The position numbers were made by a program, and so were the translations under genes. From the NCBI GenBank assembly GCA_009602725.1, contig WELB01000005.1, positions 484,806 to 546,422 of the forward strand: 61,617 nucleotides of DNA, written 5' to 3'. Shown piece after piece: positions 50,866 through 60,213 of the stretch (positions are counted from its first letter, which is position 1; each line of letters starts with the position of its first letter). The DNA is from Spirogloea muscicola. Lineage: Eukaryota. The notes under the pieces were generated by a model. That model saw nothing but the letters and a program-made list of their open reading frames with translations, ran no database searches and was not told the origin of the DNA.

Positions 50866-52218
50866 AAAAGAAGAAGAATTGGCTCTCCCAATGGGGGCTC
50901 TTCAGGCCCCGCAGGCGCTGCTTAGCTCGTATTTTGGCCCCTTCGAACCTTGTCAATTCTTTTCGGGCTGGCTTCTCACAGCCCTTGCCCCCGTTGGGAG
51001 AGCCACTTCTTCTTCTTCTGAAGAACCTATGGCAGAACGGGGGAGGATGGACCACTTAGTAGTTAATCACCAGTTAATCTGGCCGCGCCTGCTCTGTAGT
51101 TACGAGCGAGGAGCCTCACATCCGACAGACTAGCTGCCGGTAAACTATCCCCCTGACGAAAGCCGGAGGCCGCAGCGAGAGCACGGCCAGCACGCAGATG
51201 CAAGGCGTGGGCCATGGACCGCTGGAGGGAGACGGACAAGCGCATACGATACACCTGAGCCCACGAGCCAGCGGCGTTGAAGTCAGCCGGCTCACCGCGC
51301 CGGACCGGCACACACGACCTGCTCCGAAACGCGATGTTTGGCATATTTGTCGAAGCCGGTTACACTGTGGCGCTGGAGAACTCCGGCATCATGCCTCTGA
51401 CTGCTGGGGCGGACGGCCGCCTCCACACCCGGCGCGCCGATCTCGTCGCTAGCGCGCTCGGCGGGGGGCCTCGGCTCATTGCCGACGTCGTCACAACGGA
51501 CTCCTTGGATTCCAGGAGCGCAACACGCTCGGCGGAGGAGGCGGGCTACGCCGTCCGCCAAGCGGCCACCGCAAAGGAGCGCAAGTACTCAGATCACCCG
51601 GTAGGCGACGAGTTTATCCCACTCGCCGTCGACGTACACGGCGCCTTTGGCGCCAAATGGCTGGACCTCCTTCACCGCCTTGCGCGGCGAGCAGCGGCCC
51701 GCCGCGACGGGCAGCAAGGCGAGCAGCCTGGCTTCCATGTCGCCGGGTCCCTCGCCCAAGTTTACCGGATGCGCCTGGCCGTCTCTTTGCAGCGGTCCCT
51801 AGCTTTTGCGGTCCACTTGCGCGCAGGCCGCGCTCTGGCGGCGGCCTCCGGCTTCCGTCAGGGCGACGTCTTTCCGCCTGCTAGCTACTCAGATTTGCAT
51901 CTACTGACGAGAGGTTACTGAGAGTTCGCTTACTGCTGTCTCAGTCCTTAGCACTCCGACTCCTTGAGACCTTGTCCATTCTTTTGGGCTGGCCTCTCCC
52001 AGCCACCACTTAATCTGGCCGCGCTTGCTCGCCTGCGGGACACAGCGCGCCGTGCAAGCCTGGCCAACAGGTCGAGCCAGTGGGATCCGAGAGCCCCATG
52101 CACGTCCACAGCCAGGGGGACGAACTCGTCGGCAGCCGGGTGGTCGGCGTGTTTGGCCGCCTTGCTGCGAGCGGCCTTTGCCGCAGCGTGGCCAGCCCGC
52201 GAGGCAGAAAGCCCCCGG
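50866..52218 (-). mobile_element. Family D element interrupted by two antisense family C inserts and a 3' inversion
   Basis: The D ORF (..KAAKHADHP..FVPLAVDVHGALG..WAQVYRMRLSVSLQRS..DVRLLARNY) resumes on both sides of each insert. Confidence 0.85.
51302..52029 (+). mobile_element. Family C element with an uninterrupted RLE (PD-D/ExK-like) domain
   Basis: RTGTHDLLRN..ALE..RRADLV..LIADVVTTD..AKERKY..FIPLAVDVHGAFG..RLAVSLQRS..DLHLLTRGY-stop. Flanked by CGCC repeats. Confidence 0.9.
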
Positions 52219-53102
52219 CTCCAATGCTGCCGGCTCCCTCGCTCGGGTATTTCGAAAGAGACTGGCGGTCTCGCTCCAGCGTTCCTTGGCTCATGCGGTC
52301 CACACGCGCGCTGGCCGCGCTATGGCCGCTGCCTCAGGGTCTCGGTATTGTGCCGCTTTTCCTGCCCTTCGTACTTCCCCTGGCCCCTTCTCGTCCTTTG
52401 TTCATTCTTTTCTGGGCTGGCTTTTTCCAGCCCCTATCCTCAATGGGCGAGCCCTTCCCTTTGTTCATTCTTTTCTGGGCTGGCTTTCCTCTTCCCGCTC
52501 GCCATCGATACGCACGGGGCGCTGGGCGCTCGGTGGCTCGAGCTGCTCAACCAGCTCTCTCGTCACGCCATTGCCCGCCGCTTCCATGGGGAGCCGGTGG
52601 ACTCCCATGCAGCAGGGCCGCTAGCGCAGGTGTACGCATGCGCTTGGCCGTCTCGCTGCAGAGGTCTATGGCCCGCGCGCTGCACCTGCGTGCAGGCAGA
52701 GCCCTCGCTGCTGCCTCTGGCTCTGGCCAGGGGACCCGCTTCCAGGAACCCAGTCTCTCTGACCTGAGTTTGCTTAGCAGGGGTTACTGAGTGCTTCGTA
52801 GCTGCCTAGTTTCTTTTCTGTGCTTGTTGTTCTTTGTACTTCCCCTGGCCACATCTCGTCCTTTGTTCATTCTTTTTCCAGCCCCTATCCTCAATGGGCG
52901 AGCCCTTCTCTCTTTTCCTGCTTCGAGTTATTCTGATTTGCTGTTGCTCACTCGTGGATACTGAGCATCCATCTGCATCATTTCGTGTCTTGGTGTGTAG
53001 TTCTGTCTTTCTCGACACCTCTTTTCTTTGGCTTTGGACATTGTCTTCTTTTTGAGTTGGCTTTGCCAGCCACTCTTCTCTATGGGCGAGCACTTTCTTC
53101 TT
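52214..53102 (+). mobile_element. Family B2 element hosting a composite family A insert
   Basis: The B2 ORF is split at CTTTTCCTGC (52356-52365 and 52912-52921). Confidence 0.85.
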
Positions 53103-53556
53103 AATGTACATCACCCGCTGCTAAGCTGTCCCGCTCAGTAAACACGAGTCAGCACATAGTTCGCTAACTAATGCCCGAATAATGGACGGCAATCGACAAG
53201 CTCTTGAGCTACCAGCTGAGGCTCGACCAGCTTTCTGATGCAACGCATGAGCCTGAGCTCGCTGCAGGCAAGCTGACACTTGACGCCGCAAGAATGACAA
53301 GCAGGCTGCCGGCATTCCCATCTGAGCTGGAAGCATATCCTCACGTCGAGTATATCCCAGACTTGCAACATGCTCAAGTAGGGTATGGAAGCGAGGACCC
53401 ATGCAGCCGAAAGTGTCAATTGCAGCTGTTAAGAGGTGATCCCTGCGGGGGTAGTCAGAGAAGTGTAGGAGCTTTCTCTGCTGCACCTCCCAACGCGTGG
53501 CCAACAACGTAAGTCGGTGCGGAACTCTTGTACGCCTCCGTCACAACCACATCATC
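53102..53556 (-). mobile_element. Family E element
   Basis: DVVVTEAY..RKLLHFSDYP..AAIDTFGCMG..VSACLQRAQAHALHQKAG, homologous to 149-661. Confidence 0.85.
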
Positions 53557-53904
53557 TGAAGGCGGGACTTCTGAAGTTCGCATCTCTGCAGAATGAATAA
53601 CAGAGAGAAGGCGCGCGGTGCGCATGTAATGGAAAGGGAGGCCAATTCTAGCCTTACAAAAGTCCTGTTAACGGGGTAATGAGCTGGCTAAGGGTGACAC
53701 TAACATCCCCGAGTGAGCACATGCATGTCTGACAAGCTAAGCTGAGGAGCCAAACCACCACCATGGGAGCCATTAGCCTGGGCTAATACACGCCCAACAC
53801 GCTGGTGTATCGCGAGTGCCTGACAGCGCTGTAGACTCAATAAAAGCTGCATTCAATAGCATGCAATGGTGGCTTGCAGGACGCTAAATTGCCCTAAGCT
53901 ACCA

Positions 53905-56540
53905 AACGAGCAACCGCTTTTCCAATGTAAGGCTATGGCTGTGAGCGAACGGTTCTGTGAGAGGCCAGCCCAAACGAATGCATATGGTCTGAACGAAACA
54001 GCTCTACCAATGTAAGGCAATGGCTGTAAGAAGAAGTGGCTCTCCCAGAAAAGGAAAAGGAGTGGCTCTCCCAATGAGGGCAAGGGCTGTGAATAGCCAG
54101 CCCGAAAGGGAATTGACAAGGTTCGAAGGGGCCAGAAAGAACAGCGCTTCCAAATTGACTGGTGGCTGTGAGAAAGAGATTGCTCGCCCATAGAAAAAGA
54201 GGGGCTAGCAAAGCCAGCCCAGAAAAGAATGGACAATATCCAAAGGCCACAAAAGGAGCCGAAATAGAAATGCTACACACCAGGACACAAAATGATGCAG
54301 ATGGATGCTCAGTATTCACGAGTGAGCAGCAGCAAGTCAGAATAATTCGAAGCTGGGAAAGAGGCACTCCCCGTAGAACCTGAGGCAGCAGCCATAGCGC
54401 GGCCGGCGCGCGTGTGGACTGCGTGAGCCAGAGAGCGCTGGAAGAAGAAGTGGCTCTCCCAATGGGGGCAAGGGCTGTGAGAAGCCAGCCCGAAAAGAAT
54501 TGACAAGGTTCGAAGGGGCCAAACTACGAGCTAAGCAGCGACTGTGGGGCCTGAAGAGGCTATGGCAGAAGGGGGGAGGATGGACCACTCAGTACTTGCG
54601 AGTAAGGAGCCTCACATCCGACAGACTAGCTGCCGGAAGAAGGCCTCGCCCATTGACGGGCTGGAAAAAACCAGCCCAAAAAGAAATGAACAAAGGACGA
54701 GAAGGGGCCAGGGGAAGCACTAAGAAAAACAAGCACAATGAGAAAGTAAGCAGCTACGAAGCACTCAGTAACCCCTGCTAAGCAGCCTCAGGTCAGAGCG
54801 CTGGAACGAGACCGCCAGCCTCATGCGAAATACCTGGGCGAGGGAGCCGTCTGTGAGAGGCCAGCCCAAAAGTGGACAAGGTCTGGAGGAGCCGGATGGC
54901 GTAAAAGGCAAGACACTCACTGCTAAGCCGGCAGCAAGGGAAGCGCGGCCAGATTTGACTGGTGGCTGTGAGAGGCCAGCCCAAAGGAATGGACAAAGTC
55001 TGAAGGAGCCGGATGGAGCAGAAAGCAAGGTACTAAGTGCTAAGACAGCAGCAAGGGGACTGTCAGTCACCTCTAGTCAGTAGATGCAAGTCGGAATAGC
55101 TAGCAGGCGGATAGACGTCGCCCTGACGGAAGCCGGAGCCCCCGCCAAAGCGCGGCCTGCGCGCAAGTGAACCGCGAAGGCAAGAAGAAGAAGGGCTCGC
55201 CCATTGAGGATAGGGGCTGGAAAGAGAAGTGCGCGCCCATAGAGAAGAGGGGCTGGCAAAGCCAGCCCAAAAAAGAATGGACAATGTCCAAGCCAAAGAA
55301 AGAGGAGCCGGAAGAAGGACTACACTACAAAACACTGCAGAACACAGAGACGATTCAGAGGGAAGCTCAGTACCCACGAGTGAGCAACATCAGGTCTGAG
55401 TAGCTCGCTGCAGGGAAAGAGGCACTCCGCCGAGACCCAGAGGCGGCGGCCATAGCACGGCCTGCTCGCGTGTGGACGGCGTGGGCAAGGGAGCGTTGAA
55501 GCGATACGGCCAGGCGCATGCGGAAGACTTGTGCGAGCGAACCGGCGGCGTTGAAGCCGGGCATCGCCTCTGGAAAGAGCCAGCCCAAGAAAAGAATGAA
55601 CAAAGGACGAGAAGGGGCCAGGGGAAGCACTAAGAAGTACAAGCACAAAAAGAAACTAGGCAGCTACGAAGCACTCAGCAACCCCTGCTAAGCAGCCTCA
55701 AGTCAGAGAGATTGGGTTCCTGGAAGCGGGTCCCCTGGCCAGAGCCAGAGGCAGCAGCGATGGCTCTGCCGGCACACAGGTGCAGCGCGCGGTCCATAGA
55801 CCTCTGCCGCGAGATGGAAAGCAAGGGACTGCGGCAAAAAAATGGCCAAGCGCATCCGGAAGACTTGAGCGAGGGACCCGGCGACATTGAAGCCAGGCTG
55901 CTCGCTCTGCAGGGGGCTCTCAGTAACCGCGTAAGTGCAAGTCACGAGTAATACAGAATTGGGGTAGGATGGATGGATGGGAGAGGCCAGCCCAAAGAAG
56001 AAGCAGCTGCGGCCAGATTAACTGGTGGCCGGGAGAGGCCAGCCCAAAGGAGTGTACGAAGAAATTGCTCGCCCAGAGAGAAGAATCTTCGTGTATTTGA
56101 AACAAACAAAGGCCAAATGGTCAAGTACAAAGGGAAGCACATCTTAACAGAAGGATGGACTATATTCAAAAGCCAAAAAAGGTGCCGAAAAGGAAAATCT
56201 ACTCGACTAGACACGAGATGATGCAGATAGAAGCTCAGTATCCACGAGGTCTGAAACGGGCCGGGAGGCGCAAAGAGCACGAAAGTCATCGCCTTGACTT
56301 CTGAGAGTAGACGCTGAATAACCTGTAGTCAGCAAGTGCATATCAAAATATCTCGAGGGTGGAAATGCGTCGTCCTGACGGCAAGTACCATGAATGATGG
56401 TCAATCAGTAACCCCGAGTAAGCAGTCGCAAGTTAGAAAGACTAGCCGCTGGAAAGCAGTCCCCTTGACGATAGCCAGAGGCAGCAGCTAGAGCACGCCC
56501 AGCTTGCAAATGTGCAAGGCGTGGGCCAAGGACCGCTGAA
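53905..56540 (-). mobile_element. Large co-oriented nest of 3' ends from families H, D, G, B2, A, C2, B and older copies
   Basis: Repeated hairpin UTRs, RGY-type termini and several direct-repeat TSDs (detailed in findings). Confidence 0.88.
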
Positions 56541-57283
56541 GTCACTTCACTGCTTCTGACGATCCGACAAGTACACACTACATCGGCGCCGCTCTCTCAG
56601 TATGTAGTACATGTAGATGCAAGCCATGGTGGGTGCCATTTCGCATCTCTGTGAAAGCTACAACCGCCCAACTCGGTGCTTGAGCCCGACATGAGAGGTA
56701 CGAGGAAAAGTGGCTCTGCCAGTTGGAGCAAAAACCAGTATTGCAGGTACGAGCGACTTCGAGGTAAAGACTTTGGGGCTACGAATTAAGAAGGATGATG
56801 GCGCTTGCCCAGCAACGTGTGAGCACCATTGACGGCCAAAATCATTGTGGTCAAGTTCTGGATCTATGATAGATGTGTCAAAGGGCAGCTAGTGCTTGCC
56901 AAAGAGGACACGGCGACCTCAATTAGATCCTCGCGATTTTACTGCTAGGATCTCAGGCACCTTAAGTCTTGAATCCCACCCCGCAAGTGGCCGTTGGCTA
57001 TGTGAAGTCAACCAGCTCAACGTCGTCCAGCGCCGGTGTTTGTCGAGATGCAAAAGTAGGAGGAAGGAAGGGACATAGCATCCACAGATGCTCAGGGCAG
57101 AGCTGCAATGCCGTCCACGATAAGCTCATCTGTTGTCCTGAGCAATGTGCTTCTCTGACATACATTGCGTGCTAGAGTTGCGCCCATGTTGCAGCGCCTG
57201 AGGTTGATAACCCGCCATTGAGGATATACTACATTGAGCTGATTTCCTCGACGCCAGTGGGCCTTGGCCACTAGCGTCGGCAC

Positions 57284-59960
57284 CTACCGCAACTTGTCTG
57301 AGCTGATGGGTCTAATTGCTTCCAGCACGCGTCTGCAGCCTTCGAGTAACCCAATTTGGATCATGCAGCACGCTGACAATGGCAACAAGCAGGCACACCA
57401 GCACATTGTTGCAAACATTCTAACACCATGCTGTGGCACCGGTGCCAAGTGCAGGTTGAGTGGAAATTGATGACCACGTTGCCTGCACCTGTGCCACAAG
57501 GCGAGGAGCTGCCACCCGCACCTAGCTGGGATTTGCAGAGAGCTTTGCAGCCACCAATGACTGAGGGCTCCTCATGAGCACCCCGGCCGCAAGCACAAGT
57601 CTGGCTGCTGCAGTGTGTGCAAGTCAGAGTCGAGGTTGGCAGCTCTAGCAGAGCCGGCCTATCCCACAGCATACCACGCTGCTACCAGTTGGCACACCTT
57701 TGCAATAGTGGGTCACAATCTGCTTTGGAGATAAGAGACTAGAATCTGGACATCCATTAGCTTAGGCCTAGATGCGTGTTTGTACATGCTGCCAAGCGCC
57801 GCTCTGAGAGCTCGGCGGCACCTGAGCAGAGAGGCCACTATGCGGACACAAGCCCCATGGCTGCTGCCTTCTAAGAGCGTAGCCAGACCCGAAGCAGCCA
57901 AGCCAGGCTGCCAGGCGGATGGCTCTGAGCCTACCCTGCTGTCCATCGGACTTAAACTACAAGCTAACTGCGGCACCACACTGTGGACTACACCTGGGAC
58001 GGTACGGTGGCAGTGCCAGCGCCACCTTCGGCCATGAGTTCAGCAGGAGTCCCCCCCTCGATTGACCCCGTGGCCACGGCCTCGGGCATTGCACCGGCGC
58101 CGGAGGCAATGGTGGCGGGTTTTGCTGCCTCCTCCACGAGGTCCCCTGCGGCCGGCATCTTGGCAGCTTCAGCAACAGCATCCCCCTCAGCACCCTCGGC
58201 GACTGCCAGGTCGCTGACGCCGCCGCCACGGGTGAACTTCCCAGACAGCATGCGTGTCAGCGACTTGGCACCCTTGGCGACGCTTGCGACGCCGCGTGCG
58301 CTCTGCTTCGCCATGCTTCCGAAGAACTCCGCGCCTGCATTCTGCCCGCCGCCGGCCGGGCCATCCAGTGCGGCGTCAAACGCCGCTACGTGCGGCGGCA
58401 CCTCGAATGCATGTGCATCAACCTCACCGCCGCTTGCTGCCTCCAGCTCCGACTGCACCATGGCCACAGAAGGAGTAAGCATAGCCTCCTGCCGGCGCAG
58501 AGCGTCACACTCTTGTCAGGTGGCTGGTGGCTGCCTGACTCACCAGGCGGTTGGTGTGTACAACCTTCTTGTATGCCTTCCTGCTGATGAACGGCTTCAT
58601 TGCCTTGAATAGCAGCTGGCAGAAGCAGCCGCCACCGCACAGAACCATAGCTTTCACAGCAGTCAGATCTCATGGTTTTGATATTACAATTTCTGCGCAT
58701 ACGTCTGCTGTATACTGCTGTTGGTTTGTATCTAATATTCTGCATACCGACATACTACACGGAGTCTCGGATTCATAGACAGTGAGGCGCTGCCAGCATG
58801 GCCTGTGCTTGACCAAGAGCAGTATGAGAGCCCCCGTCAGACAATCATGGCACTAGCGGAAAAAGCGTGGCATTGAATCTTACGGTGCCAAAGAACGTGG
58901 GGTGGACGAGCACGACACGCTTGACATTCTTCTTGTATGCACGTGGCAGGCCGCGATACACCTTGAGACACCACCACGTTGGGACCTGCACCCTTGCCAC
59001 CGCCACGCCGGGCTGCTGTCACGGCCACTGACACCAGCTCTGCGCCTCATGCTGGCGAGGAGGATCATAGCTAACAATTTGGCGAGAAAAGCCCAATCAC
59101 GCACCGGCTTTGCCTTGTCGTCGCCATCCACCGACTTGGGTGACATGAGGAAGAGCAGGACATAGTCGCCACCCTCCACCACCGGCTCCATGCACTCTGC
59201 GACCACCGCCGCCAGTGTCATCGAGTTCAGTACCGACGCTGCCTTGGCAGCAGCCGCCACCTTGCCAGACATGGATGAATAAGCGGTTGAGGCCAGGCGG
59301 TGGCTCTCACCCCTGATGTGCGTCAGCGCGGCAAGGCGGAAGCTGGGCGCCGGGATACAGCTGGCATCGATGACCACTGCGTCGACCGCAGCAATCGGGC
59401 GCATCGCCATCAGCTTTGCAGCGGCAGTGGCACTGGCAGCCAACTCTGGCGACTGGCGATAATCAGGCAGTGTTATGGGCAGTTATCAAGAAAACATTAT
59501 CTTATGTTAATTGCGCCGCCGGCTCACCGATGGGGCGGCCGCAGTTGTCAGGCCCGTCAACGTGGATGAGCCCCCGCAACGCCGCCGCCGTCTCCGCGCT
59601 CGGCTCCACCTGCCGCCGCAGCCGGGCCTCCGGCCCCGTGATCAATTCCGTTGTCTAAAGTCCGCTAGCAATGCAGCAATGCAGAGAAAGTGGCCACCAA
59701 GCCTTGATGAGAGCGCTCAGTAGATGGCCACGATGGCCACCGCCAAATTAGCGGCGGCAACGCGAAATTAGCTGTGGCTGCGGCGGCACCTGCTCCTCTT
59801 GCTCGTCTGGCGGCGGCTCGACGAGGTCGTCCGGCGCCGCCACGGCCGCCAGCCCCTCGCGCTCGTCTTCCTCGTCGTCCTCGCCCCCGGCGGCCGGCAG
59901 CGGCGGCGGCGGCGGCGGCGGGCGAGCCCCAGTGGGCGTTTCGAAACGAAGCAACGGCCG
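57284..59960 (-). CDS. BCH / CRAL-TRIO-like domain protein; boundaries uncertain
   Basis: IHVDGPDNCGRPI, VVIDASC, DYVLLF, WWCLKVYRGLPRAYKKNVKRVVLVHPTFF, KPFISRKAYKKV, EVPPHVAAFD. Confidence 0.75.
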
Positions 59961-60213
59961 GGACGAGGAGGAGAACGACCGGCGCCGGTCGCGACCGGTG
60001 TAGACCAGTTGGACAACCGGTCGGGAGCCAGGCCCGGTCAGACATCCATCCGCCCACCCCGCTCAACGCCGGGACCTCCAAACGGTGTAACACGTGGCGC
60101 GTTTGTTACTTGGCTTTCACTGGTGCAGGTCAACGGCAGTCAACCTAAGCGCCGAGCACGTCAGCCGCAACGACAGCCACAAGCGAGAACAGAAGTAACC
60201 TTTCTGCTGTCCA

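Noticed and set aside
51915..52029. SECIS or readthrough at the conserved TGA
   Set aside because: No AUGA/GA quartet or apical AA, and the downstream frames are not conserved between families.
53905..56540. CRISPR-like array of recurring hairpin repeats
   Set aside because: Spacing is irregular, the intervening DNA is retroelement ORF or UTR, TSDs are present, and there are no cas genes in this eukaryotic context.
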